A stretch of DNA of 64,000 nucleotides from Takakia lepidozioides (GCA_030704615.1 CM060731.1:12772001-12836000), one strand, 5' to 3'. Positions 1 to 12,900 are shown, counted from the first letter of the stretch. The notes: generated by a model from the letters alone, not told the origin. Made by a program: numbers and translations.

Positions 1-356
1 TGATATGAAAACTAAACTCACACTGTCTCTGTTGACACACAACACGAAATACAATACAATCACTCGTTAAAATAAGAGTCGATCCAGGGGCACCCCAAGC
101 TATGGGGACTCCACCCCACAACATCCTACTCTCCCTCCATAAGTACACTCAGATGTTAAGCAGCGAGGGAGCTCGGTCGTGTAGGCTCAACTCGAGAGAG
201 ATGAGCCGCATGACTGACGAGCTCGTGAAGATAAGATGGTTCAAGTGTCAAGCTAAACTTGACACCTGACTTAGTACTTGAACTAATTCCAAGTGTTAAA
301 TACAAATAACTAGATTTATTCTAGTTAGTTTCACACTGTGTTTATTTAACTTGACA
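1..356 (-). repeat. ~355-bp TG..CA interspersed repeat (LTR-like), copy 1, inverted
   Basis: Reverse complement begins TGTCAAGTTAAATAAAC and ends TTTTCATATCA. Collinear with copies at 890, 5004 and 29564. Confidence 0.85.
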
Positions 357-889
357 CACATTATCACCACAATGTCACCTGCCAAGATTTGAATAGTAAA
401 CCTCACATTCATCAAAAGTTGCACCTTACCATCACACTAGCAGCTGCTTTCTACAAACCCTTGAAATAATTAATTATATATCTACATATCTTCAGGTGTT
501 TTGTGGGCCCAACAGACTCAATCCCCCTCTCGCTTCCCCTGCGCGGGCCCCCAATCGCGCGGACTGACCCCACCTTGCCACCCGCGAGCCCCGCCACAGC
601 CCGCATTCAAGACCCAATTATCAAACAATGAGAGGCGGTTAAGAGTTAACTCCGACTTCTAATATTTTTTGAAAACCGGAAGGTAGTAACCCTTGGGGGT
701 CAAGCGACACCATACTAAGTTACACTTGCTTCGGCAACGAGGTCACATTTTGTTTTTTGAATATTGTACACCACAATTATGGATTACCTTTGGCGCCAAT
801 GGCCATTTGTTTCAATGACAGGTTTCTCAGCATACTCTAATTAGAAGTCATGATATTGGGGAAGCCAGCGTTGCTGCAGATGAATCTCT

Positions 890-1312
890 TGTCAAGTTAA
901 ATAAACATAGTGTGAAACTAATTAGAATAAATCTAGTTATTTGTATTTAAGACTTGGAATTAGTTCAAGTGTTAAGTCAGGTGTCAAGTTTAGCTTGACA
1001 CCTCAACCATCTTATCTTCACGAGCCCGTCAGTAGTGGCTCATCTCTCTCGAGTTGAGCCTGCACGACCGAGCTCCCTCGCTGCTTAGCATCTGAGAGTA
1101 CTTATGGAGGGAGAGTAGGATGTTGTGGGGTGGAGTCCCCATAGCTTGGGGTGCCCCTGGCTCGACTCTTATTTTAACGAGTGATTGTATTGTATTTCGT
1201 GTTTTTGTGTCAACAGACAGTGTGAGTTTAGTTTTCATTTCACTCGAGAGAGATGATCTGTCTAGATTTTTGTAGTGCTAAACTAGATAGAGTTCTTTTA
1301 TGTTAGCACTAT
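890..1312 (+). repeat. Same repeat, copy 2 (core 890-1242 plus ~70-bp extension)
   Basis: TGTCAAGTTAAATAAAC...TTTTCATTTCA core, followed by CTCGAGAGAGATGA...TTAGCACTAT, which is also present after copy 3. Confidence 0.85.
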
Positions 1313-2790
1313 GTCGATGGTATTTGAAGTAGGGAAAGCACGACTCCTAATGAGTGGTTAAGGTAGAAGTCATTGCTGCTGGTTTTGTTTGCAGTATGGT
1401 ACGATGGCGTACATGGGAGGCACAACACAGGATGCCAAATAAGAGGATGGAGGCTTGGACAACCTCGTAGGCTCTACGCAGGATATACAAAGCCGGAGTA
1501 GCAGTTGTGCGGACAAACAGCCCGGCAGGTTGTTGCTTGCAAGTTGGTGAAAGAGCAAAGCGGCTTGTTCAAAGTGGGCCGTGAAAAAGCTGGTGGAGTG
1601 TTGCGCCTCCCAGTAGCATATTGGGCGATGAAGTCTTGCAACAGGGGCTAGCGGTTGTTGCAACCCGGTGAGACAGTGCGCGCACAAAGAGGGGCTGGGC
1701 GCGTTGAAGCAGCCACATAATACAGTCGTGGAGCCTGCAGGGTAGCCAGAGCAGAGGAATACACCCGAGCTACAAGATGCTTGGTCGGACTCTTAGACCC
1801 TGTGCAGCCAGGAACATTTAAGGCCGAGTTTTGTTGTATGAAACTTTCACAGTACTCTAGTAGGCCACACATAAGGAGGCTATTAATGGCGCGGCCCTCG
1901 CCAGGCACGGCACAGCAGGCTGTAGTGGTGCAATTGTTTCTAGCATGGCTGTCAGTTGGAACGTCGTGACAGGCCTGGCTAGTGCAGCAGCGGCCTCACC
2001 AGTGCTAGGGAACAACATATGATGGTTTTGAAATCGAATGATGCTATATGGACCAGTTCAGTTTGCTTGACAAGAAGATCACGAAGGGGACTGGCGATTT
2101 GTTTGACGGATTCCTTGAACGACGAGACGAGGCAATTGCTGTTGAGTTCGAGGACACTGGGCTATATACTCCACAGAGTCGTTTGGTTAAATGTGAAGAG
2201 ACAAAATGGCACACAAAAAATGGGCAATGCGCACTTCAATGATGGAATGACTGAGTGATCAGTCCCGTGGCAAGATGAACATGACGGATCTTGAGACTAT
2301 TGGAGACCTGCAAACAGTGGAGTTTGGATGGCCTTGACTCGAGGAAGGTGTGAAGAAGATTGACAAGCTCCTCTGCCGTGACCAGGTTGTGGTGATCTCA
2401 TTAATCTCTGTGTTTTCCATGGTGGGCTATTTGAATTGGAACTGATCAAGGATAGTTTTGTCTGCCATTCGAATACCAACGTTCAACGATATGGCTGACC
2501 ACCACGTCAAGGTGAAGCTGGAATTGAAGTTGAAAAATGGTGGATGGCTGTGAAGTTGATTAGTTAATTCAAAGGAGGGCCAATTGCTCTTGAATCGCTG
2601 GCCGAAGGGGTGTCAGGCTTTGAACGGTTGGGGGATTTTGCGGGCACTGTATTTTGAACTTGATGGGAACATACAGGGAATCGCAAAAACAAAATAAAAT
2701 AAATCGTGGGAACGGGGAACCAAAGCAAACCAATTGAAAATAGTTTTTCCTTGTATTTGTTTCCATTTAGGGTCATATATTATATTTACA

Positions 2791-3596
2791 GAGCCTGTTT
2801 GGCCATATCTTTGTCATATGAGCTTCGTTTGACGCAGTTTTTGGGGGGATACCTACAAATTGTGGAAATCTACATATTCAGACTTGGTTTTAGTTTTTTG
2901 GACTCTGCTAAAAATCTATGGAATTTTTTGAGTGTGAGTGTGAGTGTGCTATGAAATATCCACAATTCTGTTTCTACAACCTGTTGTGGTCTACATGAGA
3001 GACAAGTCTGTGGATGTCCTCCTTGTATGGCTGGGGGGAATGAGGACGTAATTGAAGGGCAGGTCTCTTCTCTTAGCCTGTGCACACAAGGAGACAAGAT
3101 TTATGTTTCTCAAGGAACTCAGACTGATTTGAGTGAAGAACAGTTGGACGAGTTGATTGCATACTGGGAGTCAGGCATTAGCAATAGACAGCAAACTGCT
3201 GTAGTTGGCGTTGAGGGCCTCAATATTGCTTTGGACAGTCAGAAATCTGTTGGAGCAAGCAGTTCTACAGCTGTAGGTGAAATACTTAAGTGGGTGGAAG
3301 CTAGGCTTGGAACACAGCCAAAGACAGCCCCGAGGACCAAGATGTTCAGCCACAAGGCCGTGGTGTACTGGAGCAGAGGAGCAAGAGCTGCACAAGTTTT
3401 TGCAATCAGATGTTGTTGCAGCCGGACACGCTCTGCACGAGGCAACCACGAACGGGGGTTTATTAGCAACAAACAGTTTGTTCTACTTGAAGGAGATGCA
3501 ATCATTCGCAACGAGGACACCCGCAACCATCTCAAAGCTTTCGAGTTGAGAGAGTGTCAGACCCTACCTTTATTTTCTTTAGTATTCAGTGAGCGG
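2791..3596 (+). repeat. Locally duplicated segment (degenerate coding-like, product unknown), uninterrupted copy
   Basis: Homologous to 7514-7986 joined to 21725-22034. Both copies encode TDLS.EQLDELIAYW and GAEEQELHKF...KEMQSFA.RTPAT.SKLSS*. Confidence 0.7.
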
Positions 3597-5003
3597 CCTA
3601 GATTTGTTCTAGGGAACACCCAACTCAACTTATCACTATGGTCAATTGCATCTGCTACTCTCTGTAATCCAACAGGCATTCACATTTTTGCCTCGATTGT
3701 CCCACCATTGACTGGGGTCAGAAAAGTATTCATTCCACAGATTCTCCTCGTCTCAGCTGTTAACTGTTTAGAACTGGATACTTCCCTGTTGTCACATTGG
3801 CAGTACCATGTCAAAGTCGCTTCCAAACTATCAAAGGTTCACTCAACCAACTAACTTGCAAAATTCAACATGAAAATTTAGGACCAATTCTGATAAGAGG
3901 GAAAAACAAGATGAAAATGTGTTGAAGAACGTGCCTTCATTAGCAGTGCCTGATTTATCAATGGTGCCGTTGCTGTTGCGGCTTCCAGTTGACCATCTAC
4001 CCATGCAGGTTTCTTGCAGCTATTGATCCACAGGGAATTATAGGTTCTCGTGAGCTTGAAGGCCCGCCCTCTTGGATGAATCTGGACCGGCCAGACTCTA
4101 CCTCTGCTCCCTCAGCTATCCAAGCTCTGCACAAATCATGCATACATCCTTCCCTTGCTGCTAGCGGCTGACAATGACAGCCTACAGTTGTTCCAGCAAA
4201 CACCCAACCCTACTTATCACCCATGCAGAATTCAACATGCATCTCAGGGCCAAGTCTGATGAGAGGGAAAAACAGGCTGAAACGTGCCCTCACCACATTG
4301 TCCTTGACCCATGGAGGATTTGACCGACCATCAACCCAAAATGACCTCTTGTGCGTGTTGTTTGTCTGTAGTCAGGTAATGTCGGATTGGTCTGTGAGAA
4401 CCACCACGGCCAGCTGAGTAGGGAGAGATTGACACATGGCTTGCTAAGACCTGCAAGCTGACTCTCCCAATAACCTTGTAAACATTAGGAAGAATACCAA
4501 ATCATGGTACTCACAGGTACAAAGAGCCCACCTTTGCAGGATGGACACATCGTACATTAAGAAAAGCTACACCTGGTGATTGCGGTTGTCCCACCATCGT
4601 GAAGGATCGGTATAAAACTCATGCAATCTCACATCACAAATGAGCTAACTTGCATAATTCTACATGAAAATTTAGGGACTACTCTGGTAACAGGGACAAA
4701 CAGGGTGAAATGTGTTGAAGAATACACCTTCATGCCGCACGTTCAGCCATCTCCACATTGCCATGGATTCTGCAGGCACCAAGCAAGGCCTTCATTTTGC
4801 AAACATGTCGACCTCTTCCCCTTTTCCAGAGCTGCAGGCAGTGTTTCAGAATGACATTAGGTACAATTCCAGCTTTGAACAAGGCACGGCCTGCTAAGAC
4901 CAAGCTGACTCTCTCTCTTGCACCAATGAGCTAACTTACGCAGCTAACAGAGTTCAATACATTCAATTAGGTGACAACCATTTCATTTCACCAATACTCC
5001 CCA

Positions 5004-5426
5004 TGTCAAGTTAAATAAGCACAGTGTGAAAACAACTAGAATAAAGCTAGTTATTTGTATTTAACACTTGGATTTAGGTCAAGTGTTAAATCAGGTGTCA
5101 AGTTTAGTTTGACACCTGAACGGCCTTATCTTCACGAGAGCGGCGGTCGCGTGGCTCATCTCTCTCGAGTTGAACCTGCGCGACCGAGCTCCTGTGTGCG
5201 TTTAGATCTGAGTGTACTCATGAGGGAGTGTAGGTGTTGTGGGGTGGAGTCCCCATAGCTTGGGGTGCCCCTGGCTCGACTACTGTTTTAAAGGTGATTT
5301 TTGGATTTCACATTGTTTCTTGTGTGGAGAGCAGTGTCATTTGTTAGCTTTCTTTTCACTCGAGAGAGATGATCTATCTAGTTTTCTAGTGCTAAGCTAG
5401 ATATGATGTTTTTTTTTTAGCACTAT
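5004..5426 (+). repeat. Same TG..CA repeat, copy 3 (more diverged) with ~70-bp extension
   Basis: TGTCAAGTTAAATAAGC start at 5004, core ends TTCA at 5358, then the same CTCGAGAGAGATGA...TTAGCACTAT tail. Confidence 0.8.
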
Positions 5427-6559
5427 TATAATATAACTTGGTAATCTATGAGTCTGCCCAGCAGAAGGAGCAACACTATCACGTTTGAAGGAGTAGCCAA
5501 GGCTCGCTGGAAGCTAGATGTGCAAGGGGTCAATACTGATGCAGCAAGCAATGGAATGCTGTTGCTACGAGCAGTGGACTGAGCACGGACGTTGTTTCTG
5601 GTTTGCACGACGACCGTACTGTGTCCTCAGTCTTTTGGGTCATCTAGTGGAGTACTGAGTCCAAGAGATATGCAGATCCCCACATTCTTCTATTTTCTCT
5701 GTGGGCTCTTGCATTGTTGGGGAAGTCGGGTCTTTTCGTCTGTCCAAGGCTCTCAACCACAACTATGCGTCTCATTCAAGCTATGCTAGGGACTCAAACT
5801 TGGAGCTGACAGCCGCTACCGTGTTTTTGAGGCTGTGAGCGAGTCAGTTTGTAGTTTGTTGCGACATCTTCAGAAGGGCCTGCGTCAGGTTGTACTGGTG
5901 TGGGCAATCTGATCAATCTACTTTGAGGTCCGTGGAGCAGCCCTAAGCAGTGAGTGGCGACATGAGAGTTCTCGTCTGCCACACCCTTCTGCGATGAGGA
6001 GATGAGGACGATGCAGAAGATTTTGTTGCAGGGAAGAGAATGGCGTTGCCAGACTGAATGAAGCAGAGGCTCAGCTGTGGAGGCAGTTCACAGCGCAACG
6101 TGGCTTTACGAATGCATCAGCTTTCTTGACAAGATGCTTGCGAGGTTGTAGGGGTCAGCTGCAAATGCTAAATGCCACTCTGTCCACTTGCAGGGTAGCT
6201 TCTGCAACAATCTAGTACAAGCAACATGCACAATTGTAGCAGAAGGATGGTCAGACGAGTTCTCCAGGAAAGCTCTGAAATGCACAAGACCATTTCTGCT
6301 CCGTCCAATGGGTATGTTGTGGCTGTTGCCTCAAGGCTGTGACAAGAAAATTGTAGGCAGATCACCTTCACCTGCATGTGGTTTCATGTGCTCTTTGGGG
6401 ACTTGTGTCTCTGTTCCTTATGAAAGGGCTGTTGCTATGGATTGTGCGACTGGTGATGCACAGTGAGAAAAGGAACGAAGTTCACTCCTCCAATGTTTTT
6501 GTGTGCAACCTAGTCTGTAATTGGTGCCAACCTGGCTCAGGGGGCAGCTGTTTGTATCT

Positions 6560-7000
6560 GAGGTGAAGAACTGGTTGAACGCGGCCATACAAAAGCTGGG
6601 TTGGGCCGAAGCATCTTTCCCAAGAAGGAACAGTGTAAGGGGTTCATAATCAGGCAAAGCGAAGCGCGTGCTGCCCTCCAACTTCTGCCGCAGCTTCTTC
6701 CATCTCTCCTCCATCACCGCCTGGCCATAATGGAAGAAGGGCTGCTTCGTCGCGTCCATCAGTCCCCCGTACTCGACAGCCAGTTGCGCGTAGCCAGTCA
6801 TGAGTGTCCGGAGTAAGGTGGTTGCCCGGGCTTGTGCATCCTGGGATACACCGAGTGTGTTCAATCGAACAAAACTCCGCCATTTTGATGGCAACGCGCT
6901 CGTCTTCCACAATCCTTTCCACAAGCGAAAAGGAGTGGGGAGCGACTTGCTCAATGCTGATATAGACAAGAATGACACGACTGGCTATTGACACCCCAGC
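6560..7000 (-). pseudogene. Alliinase / tryptophan aminotransferase (TAA1/TAR-like) C-terminal fragment, frameshifted
   Basis: Stitched frames give VEDERVAIKMAEF/VRLNTLGVSQDAQARATTLLRTL...FFHYGQAVMEERWKKLRQKLEGSTRFALP, which resembles the Alliinase_C region. The PLP-lysine region is degraded and no N-terminus is visible. Confidence 0.65.
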
Positions 7001-7986
7001 CACACCACTCTTTCCATCACTGGATAGCGAATCAGCAGCTTACAGTGCCTTGCATCAAGCTGTTTTGAAGAGGGCAATCCACACAAGGCAATCCAAGCCC
7101 TCGCAGGGCGAGCACTGGAAGCCCATTTCACAGCAATTCTAGATCTCAAGCATCTCCAGCACCTGCTGATACAACGGGACTTCGTCTCTCGAGGGTGCAC
7201 TGGAAGAACCGCCTCGCCCCCTTCTCCTTCTGAATCTTCCTTCCTGCGTGCCGTAAACATGGCTGCTGCCGTGCCGTCCGTGAGCTCGAGGAGGCAGGCC
7301 CCTGCGCAGAGAAAAGCAAGTCGCCTCCAGGGTGTGATACCCCACCCAACTGAGGTCGAGTTTTGGAATTAATGAGCTCTTGGTGCCTGGAAATCCTGGA
7401 GGGGAATGACCTCGGGAACTCGTAGATAACCTGGGAACAGGTTGTAATGGCAAAAGCGTTTTGGTGTTAAAAAAAAAAAAAAAAAACCTTTTTGATCTAA
7501 TTTAAATGTTTAAAGAGCCTGGTTGGTCATATCTTTGTCAAATGAGCTCCGTTTGACTCAGTTTTTGAGGGGATAGCTGCAGAAAGGGGAAATCTACCTA
7601 TCTAGACCCTGCTAAAAATCTATGGAATTTTTAGAGTGTGAGTGTGCCATGAAAGATCCACAATCCTGTTTCTAGAACCTGTGCTGGTCTATATTAGAGA
7701 CAAATCTGTGGATGTACTCCTTGTATGGCTGGGGGAAATGAGGACGTCGTTGAAGGGCAGGTCTCTTCTCTTAGCCTATGCACACAAGGGGACAGGATTT
7801 ATGTTTCCCAAGGAACAGACTGATTTGAGTGGAGAACAGTTGGACGAGCTGATTGCATACTGGAGTCAGGCATTAGCAGTGGACAACAAACTCTGTAGTT
7901 GGCGTTGAGGGCCTCATATTGCTTTGGACAGCCAGAACTCTGTTGACCAGCAGTTCTGGCAGCTGTAGGTGAAATCCAAGTGGGTG

Positions 7987-9303
7987 TGTTAGAGGACTGT
8001 CGGGGACTTAGACACTTTATACAAGATCTGTAGGTACCCGTAATTTTTTTTGCATAGACCGACTGAGACCAACAGGACCTTAGGGGTGACCAGCGCGCAC
8101 TGTAGAGGGGGGTTCACCACCCGTCACAAGCCATCACAAGCCATCACAACAACACAAATCCCTCACACACCAAGTCTTTCACACACAGCCAACACAGTCG
8201 TCACAAACAGCCGTCACACATCTCACAACAGCCATACAAGCCTCACAAGAACACAAGCCGTCACAGTCGTCACACAACAGGCCAACACAGTCGTCACCAT
8301 GCACGCCATCACAGGCAACCCAGCCCTTCACACAAAACAGGCAGCAAACAGCCCCATCCCACGCTTAAGACAACGGGGGGGCACAACCCCATCCGTCACA
8401 CACCACCGCCAACACAGCCACCAACCTTCGTCACAGACGTCACAATCCCAAAAAACAGCCGGCACAGCCAGTCACAGCCGCACAGCCCAACCAGCCAACA
8501 CAGCCCGTCACAGTAGTCCACACCTCATCACCATTCCATCACACAAACGCCGCAGCCGTACATATCCCGCCCGTCACAGTTGTCACAATCACAGCATTTA
8601 ACAACCATACAGCCCGTTCACAGCCCACACACAAGCCCGTCACAGTTTCACACACACCAGTCACAGCTTGACACAGCTGTCACGATCATAGGAAACGAAG
8701 AGTAGGACAGGGAACGACTGTGGGGAACAACACCTGCGAAGGAACATGTTAGTTCACAGACGACGGTTAGTGAGGGAAACGGTTAGAACCACGGATAGGA
8801 AGATAAAGGAAAGAAACGGGAAATGGAGGGGGATCATTCGGAGGAGGACTTCTTGGTCATGGAGGAGAGGGGATCGGGCAGAGATGAAGAACGGAAGTGA
8901 AGATAAGAGATGATGAGTAGATGCTTGATATATGCAAGGCTGTAATGATATTGTAGAGCAGATTAGAGACACATGGCTTCGGCCTGATACCTGATAAATC
9001 ATAATCGGATACTTTTACGATACAATCACACTGTGTAGAGAGATCTGAGTGAAGCTGTGAAATGAATGGATGAGTTGATGGAATCCAATAGATTGATAAA
9101 GCAAACTGATACTTAATTATCAATGGTAAATAGCTAACATGAATACCAAAGGGAAACAAATAGGAAACACCCCCATGATACACTAGCTGTAGGTCATGAC
9201 TGATTGTTCTGCGCGGGCTGAGTACTTAGAGATTTCCAACTCTTCTATCTTGGAGTTTCCGCCTCGAATAGCGAAGGGATGGGTGAGTAAAAGCCGCGCG
9301 ACA
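7987..9303 (+). repeat. 5' LTR containing a CACAGC/GTCACA low-complexity array (~8120-8680)
   Basis: TGTTAGAGGACTGTCGGGG ... AAGCCGCGCGACA. Matches 20631-21719 and 27276-28377. Confidence 0.93.
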
Positions 9304-9891
9304 TTTGGCGACCATACTGGGGACCTGAGACATGAACAACCAGATGTGACAGGCATCTGGTGGGATCATGGTGGTTGGACCATTAAAGAATTTGAAGTGA
9401 ATCAAATTCCCTGTGGAACGAAGGAAGAAAGATTGTCCAAACAATTCTTTCAAAGGTTCTTGGAATTGCCAGACGGTTGTAAAGAAAATATTCTTAAGCG
9501 AGTGCATGATGCTGATCCAGAATGGGGTCTGGAGAAAGGAGTGATAAAGATTTATCAGGTAGCCTGTAGAGGAAGAGCACGTTGGTTACCAACATTGGTT
9601 TATGTGATAGCATTGCTATCCATTAAGCGAGTAGAGTTTGAAGGCTGGGAAGAAAGAAAGGTGAATGTTTATACTCATATGCATGAAGAGCTTGTACTGG
9701 TAAAGAATTGGATTCCAAAGGATATTTTGTGGATCAAACTCACACCAAGACAGCTTTTCAGACTTGTTTGCCATATGGTTATATGGTAACGGAGACTTCA
9801 AGTATAGCCAAGGTGTGCATTGAAGCTTGAAAGAAACCCAGGCATATACGAGAGATATTACAGAAGAGAGTTTTGGTTATTGCCACATTAA
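9196..9891 (+). CDS. Extra ORF upstream of gag, unknown function (frameshifted near its 3' end in this copy)
   Basis: The second copy (28270-28965) gives an uninterrupted 231-aa ORF. The ATG lies inside the LTR. Confidence 0.45.
9304..9323 (+). promoter_or_regulatory. Primer binding site (tRNA-Arg-like)
   Basis: TTTGGCGACCATACTGGGGA directly after the LTR. Resembles the TGGCGAC...CTGGGGA PBS of Tat/Ogre-type elements. Confidence 0.65.
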
Positions 9892-9912
9892 AAGAAATGA
9901 AAGACATGGGAC

Positions 9913-12900
9913 ATGAGTGATGAAAGAGAAGCTAGACGACAGAGATATTCAGCAAAAAGAGAAAGCTATCTGAAAGCTAATTATCCATATCTTTGGGAGA
10001 GAGGAATAGACATAGGGGAATCATCTGGACCTCTCACACCATTAAGATCAAGAGAGTACATCACCTATACCGGAAGAACTAGAGTTGGATGCCACTCCTT
10101 CTGTTTCTTTGCAAGAAAGATTAAGGGAATTGGTACAGGAAGAAGATCAATCACGAGGTGAAAGATCTGAGGTACATCCTTGGATAAAAGACTTGACAGA
10201 AATCTTTGATAAGAGTTGGCATGGAACACCAAAAGCAGGAACTCCAGTTTCTGAAGCAGAAGGTGAAGAAGGAGAAGAGGATGTGGCAGAGCCAACGGAG
10301 AGTTCAGACTCTCCAACACCATTACAGTTGAGTTACATGAGTGAAGAAGAAACCCAAGGGCAGAACTTGGAGGATGAAACAGAGAGAAGAAATTAGAAGA
10401 GGAGGAATATGAAGAAGTAGACCCAACAGCTGAGGTTGAGACTACAACCAGGACATCCCAACCCGTTGGACCTGGATCAAGTGGAGCACTTGGATCACAG
10501 GCCAACGAAGGTGTCGGCTCAGGGGGATCAGGCGGGCTGCCTGGATCTGGCTCTGGGGGGACAGGGAGTGTGGGAAGTAGTGCAACTGAAGCTGGGAATA
10601 CTGTGAATATCGTGGGGCCAGAAGCAGGGAGTGCTCAAGGGCCACCACTTGGTGGAAGATCCACCACAAAACAACAGGTCCAGAAGGACCAGCACCAGCA
10701 AGGGTGCCAGCACCTGTCAGTGGGCAGAAGGTAGGGCCACAGATGGCGTTACAACCAACACGGGCAAAACCACCCTTTCCAATATATTCAGGAAAAGGGA
10801 TCCCGATGTACACATTAGCCAATTTGAGCACATGTGTATAGTGAACAATGAGAATGGCGATGATGCCAAGATGAGACTGTTTCCTTGTTCACTTATCAAG
10901 AAAGCAAGTGAATGGTATGCAAGATTCCCTGATAATCATTTCCTAACCTGGAATGGCTTGAATACAGCATTTCGAAATAGGTTCAGCAAGTAAAACTGAG
11001 GATGAAGTGTATGGAAGTTTACAACAGCTGAAGCAGAAGAAGCATGAAACTGTTGAAGAGTATATGGAGAAGATGGAATTGATGATGAAAAAGCTGGCTG
11101 CAGTACCAGCGCCCGGTTTACAGAAGACTTGGTTTGTGAGTGGACTAAGACCAGAGTTGCAAAAGAAAGTGGATATGTTACCCCATAATACAGTGGAGGA
11201 GGCATTTGAAACTGCGAACAGAATTGAGCAATTGGGAATGCTCAGGAGAGAGAAAAAAGAAGATGAGGACTCTGAGGATGAGTCAGATGAAGAAGAAGAG
11301 CAAGAACTAAAAAGAAAGAGTAAGAGAAAGGAGAAGTTGAAGAGGGATAACTATGAAAAAAAATTGGAAGAAATCTTGAAGAAGTATGCCACAGAGGCTG
11401 CAACACATTGGAGGAAGGGTGTATGGTGTGCAAAGTGCCAGAATGAAGGCCATACCACCACAGAATGCCACATGAAGGAGAAACACTGTACTATCTGTAA
11501 AATGGATAACCATTCTACTGAGAATTGTTACTACAACAGAAGGACAGCTGCAAGAGAACCTAGGCAAGTAAGGGTGCATCAGGTGCAGCCCCAGCCAAGA
11601 AGAAACAATGATCAGGACCACTATGGTAGGTCTGGTGGTTATAACAATGGCATGGAAGGGAGAGGTAATTCAAGAGGGAATTACCAAGGAAATTCCAGAG
11701 GCAACTATCAGGGTAATCCAAGGGGGAATTACCAGCCCGGGAATCAGGATTATAGAAATAATCCAAGAACAGACCAAGGGCGAGGACCCAATGGTGAAGA
11801 GCTATGTTACTATTGTAATCAGCCAGGACATCGCAAGGCAGCCTGTTCATTCTGGATAAGACACCAGAATGAGATGAGAGCTCCTGTGAATGAGGGCCCA
11901 GTGGTGGCAGCTCACATGGTTAGGCCATGTGTTGTACCAGAAGTAAGTACAATGATAGTAACAAGAAGTAAAGCCAAACTAACCTCCAGTAGAAGAGGAA
12001 GAAGATGAGAATGGAAGTGGCAATGATATGCCTGAAGATGAAGAGACTTGGAAAGATGAGAAGGAACTGCACAAGGAAGTGGCAGATACTATAAGGGAAA
12101 TGCAAAGAGTACTGATATTCCTGTGGCAGATTCCTCTGATTCGGATGGAGAAAAAGAAGGAGTGAGGAAGAAAGGAAAAAAGAAGATGCAGACATGCAAA
12201 GTAATGAAGAGACTTTGGCTGAAGTAATATGCAGACCAAAGCAGAAATTACCATTGGACAGCTATTAGCTGTGGCACCTTATTGTAGGCACAGGCTGTAT
12301 CAAGCAATCAATCGAATTGCCCAAGAGACAGGAAACACAGACCTGAACAGCAAGGTGACCAGTTATAATGTGAAGCCGGAAGGGCGAGAAACAGTCATGG
12401 ACTTTGATGATTCTATGCCAGTAATCCAATTGAGAATTGGAAGCACAGAACTAACTGATGTACTGATAGATGGGGTTCTGGAGTATATCATGACAGACCA
12501 ATTAAGGAAGAAGCTTGGTCTAAGTAACATGAAACCAGCCCCATTTACAGTAACAATGGCAGATCAAAGAAGTGTACAGCCATTGGGATTAATAAGAGGA
12601 GTTAAGATACAGATACAGAAATGATCTTTATGATCACAGTAACTGTATTAAAAATGGATGAAGTCATGGAGGCTTACTCCTTATTATTGGGACGTCCGTG
12701 GCTGAAACAGGCCAGGGTATTCCATGACTGGAATTCTCAGTTACTAACCGTGCATAATGGGATACACGAGATACAAATTACCACAAAGAAATCTAGTAGA
12801 TTACCTGCTACAAGAAGACCTCGAGGAGTCAGAGAGTATGACTGGAAAGGAGGACTGGATGAGGAGCAGGAAGCTACCCTATTTGCTGCACACCCAGAGT

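Noticed and set aside
1029-1238. Conserved 69-110-aa ORF (also 29663-29995)
   Set aside because: The conservation simply reflects near-identical repeat copies, and no domain is recognisable.
2048-2242. Kinase subdomain I/II-like peptide (KKITKGTGDLFDG...AIAVE)
   Set aside because: It lacks the invariant Lys, and no downstream HRD/DFG motifs were found.
8050-8601. Thr/His/Ser/Gln-rich ORFs in the LTRs (also 20690-21100, 27337-27759, 15858-16277)
   Set aside because: These are by-products of the stop-poor CACAGC repeat, and the frames differ between LTR copies.
8110-8680. CRISPR-like or telomeric array
   Set aside because: There is no constant repeat with unique spacers, it is not TTTAGGG, and the context is eukaryotic.
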